A DNA stretch of 64,000 nt from a candidate division WOR-3 bacterium (GCA_024277525.1 JAJRUZ010000087.1:4530-68529), one strand, 5' to 3'; shown: positions 7,995-18,216, counted from the stretch's first letter. Notes: generated from the letters alone by a model not told the origin. Translations and numbers: made by a program.

Positions 7995-10743
7995 CGAATG
8001 TTAACCACCATTGCCAGGGATCGTAAGCCTTTTGAAGGTTCCATTTTCGTGCAAAATCCAGCTTTAAATAAAAGTATCCCATATTTATCCTAAAACCAAA
8101 TCCGACATCCATTAGTAGATCTTTTGTTTTATAAAAACCGTCACTTTTTTCAAAAAGTTTAAATTTTTTAAAATCCGATTTTTCTCCTATTAATCCTGCT
8201 TCTATAAATAATACACTTTTAAGCCCGCCTATTTCAACAGGAATAAAACCCAATCTTAATCTGTCAAGAAAAGGAATTCTTAATTCAAATGTTCCGTAAA
8301 TAAACTCCCTTCCCCAATAACTGAAAAGATCATACCCTTTCATCATATAAGGACTTCCGAAAAAGTAAGAAATAACCTTTTCATCTCCTTCAATATACCC
8401 GTAAGTAAATCTCATTGCAAAATTTGACCTGGGTGTTAATCTGAAATATTTCCTGAAATCGGATCTTATTTCTACATATTTATATTCGGGTGAAAGACCT
8501 TTTTTAAAACCGATTCCGAAAAATTCTCCGTCCTTCACTCCGTTATAAAATCTGAATCTCCTGTCAAAAATATAATAGAAACTGTAATCAAAAGTAAGAA
8601 AGGTGGAAAAGAAAACTTTGGGCTCAACCGTACTCCAATCAATAAGATACCTTTCCCTGTAAGAAAAATTAAATCCTGTTTCTATTCTGTTAAAAATATC
8701 TATGGGATGAGAAAATCCAAAAAAAACTCCCAATTCTTTGTCCCATGCATCCTGAGATTCAGATAAAATATAGTAAGGAAAATATTGATATATTTCAAAA
8801 TAATAATCCGTTCTTTTTTTAAGATACATAATAAAAAGGTCCCAATTAGAATCAAGCAAATTATCCGATAATTCGGAGAAGAAGATAATTCTCCAGTTGC
8901 CCGGGATATCGGAAAATCCCATTGAGACTCCTCCGTAATATCCGTAAAGAGGATAATATCCAAGACCTGCTATGATCCAATCAGGAGTTAAAGAAAATGT
9001 ATAATCCTGTGAATAATAATCTCCTTCCTGCCACTTTTCACCTTTTTCTTCCTTATATGAAAGTTTCTTAGGTTTATACGATAATACATCGTATATCACA
9101 AAAATATCATATCCTCCTTTCCATAATAAAGAAACCGCAATGGTATTTAAATTATTTGAAAAGGAAACATTACGAATATATGTCGGAAAATCGGTTAACC
9201 TGTAAAGGGAATCCTTTTCAAGGTCATAAAAACATAAATTTCTCACCCCCTCCGGTTCATCATAAAGGAAGTATAATTTATTTTCATATAAAAAAGGATC
9301 TTCTAGATTTCCGAGATAGGGGGTGAGTTTTTCAATATTTCCGTTTAAAGGATTTAAAGAAAATATTGCATAACTTCCGTAATAATTTTCATTGTTTCTA
9401 TCCGAAATAAAGATTATCAGGGTATCATTTACAAAAACAGGGTCCCTATCATCATATTTATCTTCTGTAATGTTCATAATTTCATCATTTAAAAGGTCAT
9501 AGATATAAATATCGGAAAATCCGTCTTTCAAACCTGCAAATACAATTTTACTTCCATCAGGAGAAAAGGAAGGTTCATATCCTGCATCAAGACCGGAAAG
9601 TTCAAATTTTTTCGTTATTTTTTCTTTTTCAGTATCATAAATGAAAATAAGGTCACTTTTTCCCCCAGATGTGATAAAAGTTAAAAACCTTCCGCCTTTT
9701 GAGAAGGACAAGCCCGGTCTTATAAGATGCAGATTCTCGAGTGAGGGATTCTTTTCACCCGAAACTATCTTTTTTGTCTTTTTTGATGATAGGTAGGTAA
9801 CATAAATATCCGTAAATCCTGTTCTATCCGAAATATAAGCAATTTTTGAACCATCAGGAGAAATTGCTATACCTATATTCAAAAATCCGCCTTGTAATCG
9901 GTGATCAGTGATTTGTTCAGATTTTTCAAGAGGGAAGTTATATTCCTTAAAATCCATATACAATTTTTTCTTTAAATACCAGTTAAAATAGTCGGAAAAC
10001 TGTGATAAATTCAAACCAAACAATTTTTTTATATTTCTTCTCAGGTTTCTTGAACTTACAAAGCCTCTTACAAACTCAGAGGCTTTTTCCTTTCCGTATT
10101 CTTCCTCAAGAAACCTGAAAAACATCTCTCCCAATCGATAAACAATATAGCCTCCCATATTTGAGAACTCTTCAAGGGATGGTAAAATATTATTGATTAT
10201 CAAATCTTTTACAAATCCTCTTGTCTCTGCATCTTCTTTATGAGAAAGATACTCTGCAAGTCCTTCCATAACAAACAGAGGAACTTCGGGTAAATTTGTG
10301 GACAAAAGGTTCTGTCCCAATCTTCCGTAAAAAAGATGATATTGAAAAACATGGGTTAATTCATGCACAAGTACATGCCTGAACTCCTCATATGAGCCGT
10401 TAAAAGGCACAACAACCCTTCTTTTAAAAATTTCGGTAAATCCTCCGACTCCTTCTGGTAATACCTCAAGCACCACATTTGTTTGTCTGAAGTCGTTAGG
10501 GGAGTTATAAATCAGAACGGGTATTTTGTAATCCATTTTCACTTTAAAAAATTCCCTCATTTCCGGATAAGCATTTTCTAAAATATAAGAGGCAAATCTT
10601 GCGGGTTTTTCTCCACCCGAGTAATAATAAACATTAAAATGCGCAGTCTCTATTTTCTTAAAATCAAAATCTTTATACTGAATTTTATTAATACCGGAAA
10701 AAATTAAGAATAGGAAAAACAAAAAAGTTGCCCTTTTAATCAA
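7981..10743 (-). CDS. Secreted/outer-membrane protein: gluzincin (peptidase MA-like) domain, TolB/PD40 repeats and Omp85/BamA-type C-terminal barrel
   Basis: Signal peptide; HELTH...EGLAEY; repeated SPDGSKI; C-terminal ELRIP...DVGFGFR...LKLDFA..F. Confidence 0.8.
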   Translation of the reverse strand: MIKRATFLFFLFLIFSGINKIQYKDFDFKKIETAHFNVYYYSGGEKPARFASYILENAYPEMREFFKVKMDYKIPVLIYNSPNDFRQTNVVLEVLPEGVGGFTEIFKRRVVVPFNGSYEEFRHVLVHELTHVFQYHLFYGRLGQNLLSTNLPEVPLFVMEGLAEYLSHKEDAETRGFVKDLIINNILPSLEEFSNMGGYIVYRLGEMFFRFLEEEYGKEKASEFVRGFVSSRNLRRNIKKLFGLNLSQFSDYFNWYLKKKLYMDFKEYNFPLEKSEQITDHRLQGGFLNIGIAISPDGSKIAYISDRTGFTDIYVTYLSSKKTKKIVSGEKNPSLENLHLIRPGLSFSKGGRFLTFITSGGKSDLIFIYDTEKEKITKKFELSGLDAGYEPSFSPDGSKIVFAGLKDGFSDIYIYDLLNDEIMNITEDKYDDRDPVFVNDTLIIFISDRNNENYYGSYAIFSLNPLNGNIEKLTPYLGNLEDPFLYENKLYFLYDEPEGVRNLCFYDLEKDSLYRLTDFPTYIRNVSFSNNLNTIAVSLLWKGGYDIFVIYDVLSYKPKKLSYKEEKGEKWQEGDYYSQDYTFSLTPDWIIAGLGYYPLYGYYGGVSMGFSDIPGNWRIIFFSELSDNLLDSNWDLFIMYLKKRTDYYFEIYQYFPYYILSESQDAWDKELGVFFGFSHPIDIFNRIETGFNFSYRERYLIDWSTVEPKVFFSTFLTFDYSFYYIFDRRFRFYNGVKDGEFFGIGFKKGLSPEYKYVEIRSDFRKYFRLTPRSNFAMRFTYGYIEGDEKVISYFFGSPYMMKGYDLFSYWGREFIYGTFELRIPFLDRLRLGFIPVEIGGLKSVLFIEAGLIGEKSDFKKFKLFEKSDGFYKTKDLLMDVGFGFRINMGYFYLKLDFARKWNLQKAYDPWQWWLTFGDDF

Positions 10744-11629
10744 AATAAAGATGGTCCGGTATAATATAATTCATGGGGTTTAAAGGCTTGTTAAAAAGCC
10801 GAACTTCATAATGAACATGAACTCCAGTTGTTCTTCCTGTCTTTCCCATCAATGCTATTATGTCTCCTCTCTTTACCTTTTGTCCAACTTTTACAAGGAT
10901 TTTTGAATTATGTGCATATCTTGTCTTAAATCCGTTTCCGTGGTCTATTTCCACTACAAGCCCGTAGCCGTGTCTCCATCCCGCATAGGTAACCCTTCCA
11001 TCAGCAGTTGCAAAAACCGGAGCACCGTAGCTTCCAGAAATATCAATACCTTCATGAAGTTTCAATTTTCCCGTAAAAGGATCCCTTCTGTATCCGAACC
11101 TTGAAGTAATCCATCCGGATCTCACAGGCATTATAGAGGGGGTATGAGCGAGCTCTTTGCCTTTTTTATTTATATAATCTTCAATCTCCTTAACTTTTTC
11201 ATCAAAAATCTTTGTTATATTGAGCATATAATCCAGTCTTTTTTCCAGGTCATTCTCTTTTAATTCAGGGATCAATTCTCCACCTTTTCCCATTTCCAAA
11301 AGCCCTTTCTCAAAAGGTTCAAGCCCTGCAAAATTTCTCAACTTATTCAGTTTATCGGTTAAAATTTCAAGTTTTTTCAATAAACTGTCCTTTTTTATTC
11401 CAAGAACATTAATTTTTCTCCTGAGTTTTTTATTCTCGTGAATCAAAAAATTCAATTTATTTCTATCAATTTCAAAATTCCAGAAATGATAAATAAGGAA
11501 AATATTCATGAAAAATACAAAAAATAAAAATAAAAATAAAAATTTGATTAAACCGGAACTTATATAAAAATTTTTTACATTTTTGGTTCCGTCCGAAGGA
11601 ATAATTTGAAAAAAGAAACCTTTTTTCAT
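10736..11629 (-). CDS. M23 family metallopeptidase with N-terminal TM and coiled coil
   Basis: HEGID, TRYAH and HVHYEV motifs. Confidence 0.93.
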   Translation of the reverse strand: MKKGFFFQIIPSDGTKNVKNFYISSGLIKFLFLFLFFVFFMNIFLIYHFWNFEIDRNKLNFLIHENKKLRRKINVLGIKKDSLLKKLEILTDKLNKLRNFAGLEPFEKGLLEMGKGGELIPELKENDLEKRLDYMLNITKIFDEKVKEIEDYINKKGKELAHTPSIMPVRSGWITSRFGYRRDPFTGKLKLHEGIDISGSYGAPVFATADGRVTYAGWRHGYGLVVEIDHGNGFKTRYAHNSKILVKVGQKVKRGDIIALMGKTGRTTGVHVHYEVRLFNKPLNPMNYIIPDHLYFD

Positions 11630-11635
11630 AATTTT

Positions 11636-11665
11636 ATAATAAGGTCAAAAAAATCAAAAAGTCAA
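11636..11665 (-). promoter_or_regulatory. Putative leaderless promoter of the M23 gene: TTGACT-18-TATTAT-6 nt-ATG
   Basis: Hexamers read directly; no SD. Confidence 0.5.
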
Positions 11666-11680
11666 AAATTAATTATAAGG

Positions 11681-11710
11681 TTGACAAACTCATATATCAA
11701 AATGTATAAT
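11681..11710 (+). promoter_or_regulatory. Sigma-70 promoter of the rplM operon: TTGACA-18-TATAAT, 12 nt before ATG
   Basis: Perfect -35 and -10 consensus; no SD. Confidence 0.8.
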
Positions 11711-11722
11711 TAAACTTCAATT

Positions 11723-12166
11723 ATGGAAAGAATTACACCCATGGATTTTAAAAACATTGAAAGGAAATGGCATCTTGTTGATGCCAGCGATAAGGTATTG
11801 GGAAGATTGGCGTCCCGTATTGCACTTCTTCTAATGGGAAAAAGAAAACCGAATTATACACCTCATATTGATCAAGGAGACTTTGTGGTGGTTATAAATG
11901 CTGAAAAGGTGAAATTAACAGGAAATAAACTTGAAAATAAGATTTATTATCATCATTCGGGTTATCCCGGGGGATTAAAGGCAAGAAAAGCAAAGGAGAT
12001 TCTGGAGAAGCACCCCGAGAGATTGATAAAACTTGCAGTTAAAAGAATGTTACCGAAAAATAAACTCGGAAGGAAAATGTTAAAAAGATTGAAAGTATAT
12101 GCAGGGGACAAGCATCCCCATCAGGCACAAAAACCTCAAATGATTGAAATAGAGAAGGTTCTTTAA
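11723..12166 (+). CDS. rplM: 50S ribosomal protein L13
   Basis: WHLVDA...[23 protein letters not shown] and [10 protein letters not shown]. Confidence 0.99.
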   Translation: MERITPMDFKNIERKWHLVDASDKVLGRLASRIALLLMGKRKPNYTPHIDQGDFVVVINAEKVKLTGNKLENKIYYHHSGYPGGLKARKAKEILEKHPERLIKLAVKRMLPKNKLGRKMLKRLKVYAGDKHPHQAQKPQMIEIEKVL

Positions 12167-12167
12167 T

Positions 12168-12557
12168 ATGGGAGAATTAATTTTTACATCAGGCGGCAGG
12201 AAATCTGCACGGGCGAGGTTAAGGCTTCGCCCAGGCACGGGAAAAATATGGGTAAACGGAAAAAGACCTCTTGAATATTTCAAAAGGCAGGACCTTGTAA
12301 TACATGCTTTTGAACCTCTTTCTGCGGTGCAAAAGGAAAAGGATTTTGATATTGCGGTAAAAGTTAAAGGAGGTGGTTTATCCGGACAAGCGGGTGCAAT
12401 AAGGTATGCTTTAAGTAAGGCTCTTGTTCAATATAATGAAGGATTTAAAGCAGTATTAAAAGCACGGGGAATGTTAACCCGTGACCCAAGGGAAAAGGAG
12501 AGGATGAAATATGGACTTACAAAACGTAGAAGGGCGCACCAGTATTCAAAACGCTGA
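12168..12557 (+). CDS. rpsI: 30S ribosomal protein S9
   Basis: GGRKSARAR, GGGLSGQAGAIR, LTRDPR.KER and C-terminal QYSKR. Confidence 0.99.
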   Translation: MGELIFTSGGRKSARARLRLRPGTGKIWVNGKRPLEYFKRQDLVIHAFEPLSAVQKEKDFDIAVKVKGGGLSGQAGAIRYALSKALVQYNEGFKAVLKARGMLTRDPREKERMKYGLTKRRRAHQYSKR

Positions 12558-13245
12558 TATAAAAATAGAGGACTTACTTCAAAGTGGTGTGCATTTCGGA
12601 CAGAGGACATACCGTTGGAATCCTAAGATGAAGCCTTTTATATTCGGAAAAAGGGAGGGAATTTATATCATCAATATTCACAAGACGCTTGAATATCTGA
12701 GAAAGGCAATGGAATTCGCGGAAAAAGCAGGAGAGCAGGGTTTAATTCCGCTTTTTGTATGTACAAAAAAACAGGGAAAAGACATTATAAAGGAACAAGC
12801 GGAAAGAATCGGGGCTCATTATGTAACCGAGAGATGGCTCGGAGGGCTTTTAACCAATTTTGAGACAATAAAGACCAGAATAGAGAAAATGAGAGAGATA
12901 GAAAAATTGAAAGAATCCGATCGGTTTGAAAAATATCCCAAAAAGGAGAGACAAAAAATTTTAAAACTTTATGAAAAACTGCAAAGGAACTTGGGTGGAG
13001 TAAGGGAAATGTTTGAGTTGCCGGGTTTTTTATATGTTGTTGACCCTGTTAAAGAGGACCTGGCTGTTAAGGAAGCAAACAAATTAAAAATACCGATAAT
13101 TGCCCTTATAGATACGGACGGAAACCCCGAACTCATAGATTATCCAATCCCCGGGAATGATGATGCAATGAAATCAATTGAATTTATAACGAAATTAATT
13201 GCAGAAAGCTATTTAAAAGGAAAGGCAAAAATAAAGGAGGAATAA
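12511..13245 (+). CDS. rpsB: 30S ribosomal protein S2 (start overlaps rpsI by 47 nt)
   Basis: GVHFG...WNPKM, RWLGGLLTNF, DTD..P and IPGNDDA. Confidence 0.97.
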   Translation: MDLQNVEGRTSIQNADIKIEDLLQSGVHFGQRTYRWNPKMKPFIFGKREGIYIINIHKTLEYLRKAMEFAEKAGEQGLIPLFVCTKKQGKDIIKEQAERIGAHYVTERWLGGLLTNFETIKTRIEKMREIEKLKESDRFEKYPKKERQKILKLYEKLQRNLGGVREMFELPGFLYVVDPVKEDLAVKEANKLKIPIIALIDTDGNPELIDYPIPGNDDAMKSIEFITKLIAESYLKGKAKIKEE

Positions 13246-13845
13246 ATGGCAGAAATTACACTTGAATTGATTAAGGAACTGCGGGAAAGGACGGGTGCAG
13301 GAGTAATGGATTGCAAGAAAGCCCTGAAGGAAGCCGATGGTGACATTGAGAAAGCAATAGAGATATTGAGGAAAATGGGCATTGCAAAGGCTGAAAAAAA
13401 ACTGGATAGGGAGGCAAAAGAGGGAATTATTGAGGCATACATTCATCCGGGTGCAAAACTGGGTGTCCTGATTGAGTTGAATTGTGAAACCGATTTTGTG
13501 GCAAAAAATGAAGAGTTTAAAAAACTTGCAAAGGAAATAGCAATGCAGATTGCTGCAATGAGTCCTATTGCGGTCACAAGGGAGCAGGTTCCGGAAGAAA
13601 TCATTGAAAGGGAAAAGAAAATTTATGAAGAACAGGCAAGGGAAAGCGGAAAACCCGAACATATAATCTCAAAAATTATTGAGGGTAAGCTCGAAAACTT
13701 TTTTAAGGAAAAATGTCTGGTTGAACAGAGCTATATAAGGGATCCTTCAATCACTGTAGGAGATTTAATAAAGCAACATATATCAAAATTCGGAGAAAAT
13801 ATAGTTATAAGAAGATTTGCAAGGTTCAGGATAGGAGAGAAATAA
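13246..13845 (+). CDS. tsf: Elongation factor Ts (short form)
   Basis: [26 protein letters not shown] and GENI.IRRF.RF. Confidence 0.99.
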   Translation: MAEITLELIKELRERTGAGVMDCKKALKEADGDIEKAIEILRKMGIAKAEKKLDREAKEGIIEAYIHPGAKLGVLIELNCETDFVAKNEEFKKLAKEIAMQIAAMSPIAVTREQVPEEIIEREKKIYEEQARESGKPEHIISKIIEGKLENFFKEKCLVEQSYIRDPSITVGDLIKQHISKFGENIVIRRFARFRIGEK

Positions 13846-13915
13846 AAAATTTAGGGATTTTAGTAAATTTTTCATCCATGTCAGACTGTAAGGAACCGAG
13901 AAGAGTAAATAAACC

Positions 13916-14246
13916 TTAAACCCTAACTCTGCATTTTTTAAGTAATAGGAAGGGTGGGTTCGGAGGATTTATTATGACAGAATTGTGAAAAGCAATAATT
14001 TTCAATATTTATACATATATCACATTTCCAATTTTACACTTGAAATTTTATATTTTTTATGTTCAAAATATCCTGAATGGGTTTTGAAATATAAAAAGAA
14101 GGGAACCGCCATTCATAAGATTGACGGAAATTATTATTTGTATGGGAAAATTCAATGGATAACCCTTGAAATACCAAAACAATCAAGAAGTCTGATTGAA
14201 AAATTAAAAATACCTATTACTTAATTTTTAAAGAGTTAGGGTTTAA
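13916..14246 (+). mobile_element. Non-autonomous, internally deleted IS (MITE-like) with perfect terminal inverted repeats
   Basis: TTAAACCCTAACTCT (13916-13930) is the exact reverse complement of AGAGTTAGGGTTTAA (14232-14246); the interior contains a transposase-like remnant. Confidence 0.8.
14059..14224 (+). pseudogene. Transposase remnant (N- and C-termini fused; DDE core deleted)
   Basis: KYPEWVLKYKKKGTAIHKIDGNYYLY joined directly to ...WITLEIPKQSRSLIEKLKIPIT*, resembling the ends of IS1634/IS4-like transposases. ATG 14059 is one base out of frame. Confidence 0.65.
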
Positions 14247-14330
14247 TATTTCTGAGATTCTATGCAATAAATCATACTTCAGCATTTTTACACACACTAA
14301 GCCTATGAACATGTTTGTATTTTATAATTT

Positions 14331-15788
14331 TTAGCCTTTTACTACTCCGAAGGGTTTCAATCTGGCAACTTTTTTTGAAATTTTTGCCCTGTGCACAACA
14401 TCAACAACAATATCCAAATCTTTATAAGCATCCGGTATTTCCTCCTCCATCGTATCCCTTGAAGCTGCCCTTATCTTTACTCCTATTTTCAAGAGTTCTG
14501 CTTTTATATCCCTTACTTTTGACGCCCTTATCGCCGCTTTTCTTGATAAAACCCTACCCGCTCCGTGACATGTTGATCCGAAACACTTTTCCATTGCCTC
14601 TTTTGTTCCTACAAGAATATATGAACCCGTTCCCATACTTCCAGGAATCAAAACAGGTTGCCCTATATTCTTGTAGACTTCCGGGATTTCGGGATGACCC
14701 GGTGGAAACGCCCTTGTTGCCCCTTTTCTGTGAACCCATACCCATTTTTCCACACCCTTAATAATATGTTTTTCCCTTTTTGCAATATTATGAGCAACAT
14801 CATAAATCATTTCAATTCCGAGTTCTTTTGCATTTTTACCGAAAACTTTTTCGAAACTTTCCCTTACCCAGTGAGCAATCATCTGCCTGTTACACCATGC
14901 AAAATTCGCAGCAGAAGTCATTGCTTTTATATAATCTTTTGCCTCTTTTGAATAGATCGGAGCACATGCAAGTTGTTTATCAGGTAAGTTTATTCCGTAT
15001 TTCCTCATGGCAGACATCATAACCCTGATGTAATCATCCGCAATCTGGTGCCCGAATCCCCTTGAACCGCAATGTATCATTAAGCAAACTTGACCTCTAA
15101 ATAAACCCATCTTTTTTGCTGCTTCTTCATCAAAAATTTTCTCAACAACTTGAAGTTCAAGGAAATGATTTCCCGAGCCAAGTGTCCCGAGCTGGGGCAT
15201 TCCCCTTTGTCTTGCTCTTTTAAAAACAGCGTTGGGATCCGCACCTTCCATTGCACCGTAAGATTCGGTTCTCTCTAAATCTTCCTCTGTCCCGAATCCC
15301 CTTTTGACCGCCCACTTTGCTCCTGTTACCATTACATCCTCAAGGTCACTTTCACTTACCCTTATTTTCCCCTTTGCTCCTACACCGGAAGGAATATTAA
15401 TAAAAAGCGCATCAAGCAATTTGTCAAGATATTTTTCAACCTCCTCTTTTTTTAAATTTGTACGCAAAACCCTTACACCGCAATTTATATCATAACCCAC
15501 TCCTCCGGGCGAAATTACTCCTTCTTTTTCATCCATCGCAGCAACCCCTCCTATCGGAAATCCGTATCCCCAATGTATGTCAGGCATTGCATAGGAGGCT
15601 TTCTGAATTCCAGGCAGATGAGCAACATTCGCTACCTGCTCGGGTGCCTTATCCTGCACAATACTCTCCATAAGCCTCTTTGTAGCAAAAATTACACCCG
15701 GAACCCTCATTCCGGGCTTGTAATTTTTCGGAATTTCAAAAGTCACATCGTCAATTTGCTTTAAAGGACCTCTCCATGCATCATTCAT
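14331..15788 (-). CDS. rtcB: RNA-splicing/repair ligase RtcB
   Basis: MPDIHWGYGFPIGGV, GVGYDINCG, LGTLGSGNHFLE, HCGSRG, HNIA, HRKGAT and HGAGR. Start re-called to ATG 15788 (SD AAGGAGG); the TTG extension in the ORF track overlaps hicB. Confidence 0.96.
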   Translation of the reverse strand: MNDAWRGPLKQIDDVTFEIPKNYKPGMRVPGVIFATKRLMESIVQDKAPEQVANVAHLPGIQKASYAMPDIHWGYGFPIGGVAAMDEKEGVISPGGVGYDINCGVRVLRTNLKKEEVEKYLDKLLDALFINIPSGVGAKGKIRVSESDLEDVMVTGAKWAVKRGFGTEEDLERTESYGAMEGADPNAVFKRARQRGMPQLGTLGSGNHFLELQVVEKIFDEEAAKKMGLFRGQVCLMIHCGSRGFGHQIADDYIRVMMSAMRKYGINLPDKQLACAPIYSKEAKDYIKAMTSAANFAWCNRQMIAHWVRESFEKVFGKNAKELGIEMIYDVAHNIAKREKHIIKGVEKWVWVHRKGATRAFPPGHPEIPEVYKNIGQPVLIPGSMGTGSYILVGTKEAMEKCFGSTCHGAGRVLSRKAAIRASKVRDIKAELLKIGVKIRAASRDTMEEEIPDAYKDLDIVVDVVHRAKISKKVARLKPFGVVKG

Positions 15789-15805
15789 AATTTTTTCCTC
15801 CTTTT

Positions 15806-15961
15806 TTATACAAGACACAACTCTATTGCCTCCTTTATATTTTTTAAAGCCTCTTCCACCGTCTCTCCCTGAGAGTAACACCCCGGTAGGGAAGGGCAAA
15901 TAACAACATACCCTCCCTTTTCGTCCGATTCAAGAATTACTTTAAATTCAAATATCTTCAT
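15806..15961 (-). CDS. HicB-family (UPF0150) antitoxin-like protein, 51 aa, absent from the ORF track
   Basis: Manual translation MKIFEFKVILESDEKGGYVVICPSLPGCYSQGETVEEALKNIKEAIELCLV*; SD AAGGAGG and upstream TATAAT (15986-15991). Confidence 0.9.
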   Translation of the reverse strand: MKIFEFKVILESDEKGGYVVICPSLPGCYSQGETVEEALKNIKEAIELCLV

Positions 15962-15996
15962 AATGGTTCCTCCTTTTTATATATCATTATAAACCA

Positions 15997-16827
15997 TCAT
16001 TTTGAGATTTTTAAAAGATAATTAAGAAATTCTTTTTCTACAGTTTTATAATTCTTATTTATTTTTATTTTAACTCCGTTTATTGAACAGACGGGCTTGA
16101 ATTCTGTTGTTGTTCCTGTAAGGTAAACAGAATCAGCATTAAACAAATCCCAAACAAAAATCTTTGTTTCTATCACCCGGATCCCCCTGTTTCTCAAAAA
16201 CTCAATCAATCTTTTCCTTGTCACACCGGGCAGTATACCGTTCAGTTCCGGAGTAAAAAATATTCCGTCTTTTTCATAAAAAACATTGGTTGAGGTCCCT
16301 TCTTTTACAGCTCCCTCCTTTTCAAAAAAAATTGCCTCATCATAATTTTTTTTCTTTGCATAAAATTTGGCAAGAACATTCGGAAGTAGATTTGTCGTTT
16401 TTATATCAACCCTTTTCCATCTGATTTCTGGATGAAGAATAATTTTTAATTTATCGGGTCTCTTACAAATTTTTTGCGCAAAAACAAAATAATTCGGCTC
16501 CGGTCTCCGTTCTACAAAATGTTCCCTTTCGGTTGCTCCTCCTGTAACCTGAATATAAATTGATAGTTCATCATTACCCGTCTTTTTCGCAACTTCAAGA
16601 CATATTTTCTTCCACTCATTCCTTCTCAGGGGATTCTTCATCCCGATCTCTCTCAATCCCCTCTCCATTCTCTCTATATGGTCATCAAAACATATAAGAA
16701 TGCCATTTTGATATTTTATAACTTCATAAACTGACTCACCGAAATTAAACCCCCGGTCCTTTAAAAATTGATAAAAGGTCTTATTTTTTATAAATCTACC
16801 GTTATAAAAAATTATTTTATTATCCAT
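15997..16827 (-). CDS. Class IV PLP aminotransferase (D-amino-acid transaminase-like)
   Basis: DRGFNFGESVYEV, H.ER, DIKTTNLLPNV, EGTSTNVF and ILPGVTR. Confidence 0.88.
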   Translation of the reverse strand: MDNKIIFYNGRFIKNKTFYQFLKDRGFNFGESVYEVIKYQNGILICFDDHIERMERGLREIGMKNPLRRNEWKKICLEVAKKTGNDELSIYIQVTGGATEREHFVERRPEPNYFVFAQKICKRPDKLKIILHPEIRWKRVDIKTTNLLPNVLAKFYAKKKNYDEAIFFEKEGAVKEGTSTNVFYEKDGIFFTPELNGILPGVTRKRLIEFLRNRGIRVIETKIFVWDLFNADSVYLTGTTTEFKPVCSINGVKIKINKNYKTVEKEFLNYLLKISK

Positions 16828-17606
16828 AAAGGATTAACCTGGATTGAACCGTTTCCTATTTTGAAGGAATTTCTGATAGCTTCTTCTGTAAATTTTTTTG
16901 CCCTTTCAATTGCCTTAAGGGGCGGAATTCCCTTGGCAAGATTTGCAACAATACTTGCCGAAAAAACACAACCCGCCCCGTGATATTTCATATTTTTACC
17001 TATCCTTTCGGTCTCAAAATGAGCAAAATCTTTTCCGTTATACACCACATCGATTGCTTTTTCACCGAAATGTCCACCTTTTATAACTACATATTTAGGT
17101 CCCATTTCATGAATAATTTTGGCAGATCTTTCAGCATCTTTTATTGAATTTATTTTCATTTTTGAAAAACTTTCGGCTTCCCAACGATTCGGGGTTACAA
17201 TAAGTGCTTCGGGAAAGAGACTTTTAATTAAAAGTTCAACCGCCTCTTCAAGAAGCAGTCTGTCACCAGAACCCGCAAATATTACTGGATCTAAACAAAA
17301 ATTCTTTAATCTATGTTCCTTAATTTTCATGGAAACTACATCAATTATATCCATTGAATAAAGCATACCCGTTTTAAAAGCCTTTATGTCAAAATCCTCA
17401 CATACCATATCAATCTGATCAGCAACAATTTCTTTTTTTATTCCCTGAATTGACTTAACACCTTTAGTATTTTGAGAAGTAACCGCGGTTATAACAGAAA
17501 CTCCGAATGTTTTATGTACTGCAAATGTTTTTAAATCAGCCTGTATGCCGGCACCTCCTCCGCTATCACTTCCCGCAATTGTTAAAACACAGGGTAAATT
17601 ACTCAA
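16812..17606 (-). CDS. thiD: Hydroxymethylpyrimidine/phosphomethylpyrimidine kinase
   Basis: [34 protein letters not shown] and HGAGC. Confidence 0.95.
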   Translation of the reverse strand: MSNLPCVLTIAGSDSGGGAGIQADLKTFAVHKTFGVSVITAVTSQNTKGVKSIQGIKKEIVADQIDMVCEDFDIKAFKTGMLYSMDIIDVVSMKIKEHRLKNFCLDPVIFAGSGDRLLLEEAVELLIKSLFPEALIVTPNRWEAESFSKMKINSIKDAERSAKIIHEMGPKYVVIKGGHFGEKAIDVVYNGKDFAHFETERIGKNMKYHGAGCVFSASIVANLAKGIPPLKAIERAKKFTEEAIRNSFKIGNGSIQVNPLWIIK

Positions 17607-18210
17607 ATTTTATTTCTCTTTCCTCTGTTATTATCCCTTTGTATAAAAAAGAAATTTGTCTTAAAGCAATGTAAAAGTCAAATTCATTGATTGCAGAAAT
17701 TGCATCCTTAGGAATATATATTTTATATCCGTAAAGTGCTGCCGAACCTGCTGTATGAAGAACACATATGTTTGCAACCGTTCCTGCAATAACAAGATTT
17801 TTGATTCCATTTATTCTTAATAGATGGTCAAGAGGTGTACCGAAAAATCCGTCATACCTCAATTTCTTAATTATATATTCACCCTTTTGAGGCTTTAACT
17901 CTTCTATAATCTCAGCACCCCATGTATTCTTAATGGCATGCTTTCCCCAAATCGGAAACTCAATATCATTCTCTTCGTGCCAGTCCTGAGTAAAAAATAT
18001 TTTCACATTTTTTTCTCTTGCTTTTTCAAGTAATCTCTTAATTGCGGGAACGGTCTTTTCCGCATCAGGGACACACAACGCTCCTTCTTTTTTAACAAAA
18101 TCATTCTGCATGTCAATAATCAGAAGCGCGGTTTCTTGCGTCGGAAGTCTAACATCTTTTTTTATTTCAATCTCGGGTAAAGAAAAAACTTTTTCTTCCA
18201 TGTTGTGCAT
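17599..18210 (-). CDS. Isochorismatase-family cysteine hydrolase (nicotinamidase-like)
   Basis: [19 protein letters not shown] and GTVANICV; alternative start at ATG 18201. Confidence 0.9.
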   Translation of the reverse strand: MHNMEEKVFSLPEIEIKKDVRLPTQETALLIIDMQNDFVKKEGALCVPDAEKTVPAIKRLLEKAREKNVKIFFTQDWHEENDIEFPIWGKHAIKNTWGAEIIEELKPQKGEYIIKKLRYDGFFGTPLDHLLRINGIKNLVIAGTVANICVLHTAGSAALYGYKIYIPKDAISAINEFDFYIALRQISFLYKGIITEEREIKFE

Positions 18211-18216
18211 AATGAT

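Noticed and set aside
11314-11326. AGG-TTCAAGC-CCT on the + strand inside the M23 gene (a similar GGTTCAATCC lies antisense near 61520)
   Set aside because: Antisense, mid-gene and not near a start codon. Treated as chance background; it shows that the motif needs a formal enrichment test.
13845-13872. AAAAATTTA/TAAATTTTT inverted repeat after tsf as a terminator
   Set aside because: AT-only stem with a 10-nt loop; too weak to call.
13985-14224. 79-aa ORF as a functional gene
   Set aside because: It lies inside the TIR-bounded element and consists of fused transposase ends; called a pseudogene.
15789-15899. N-terminal extension of RtcB from TTG 15899 in the ORF track
   Set aside because: It overlaps the hicB ORF in another frame; ATG 15788 has a strong SD and gives a typical RtcB length.
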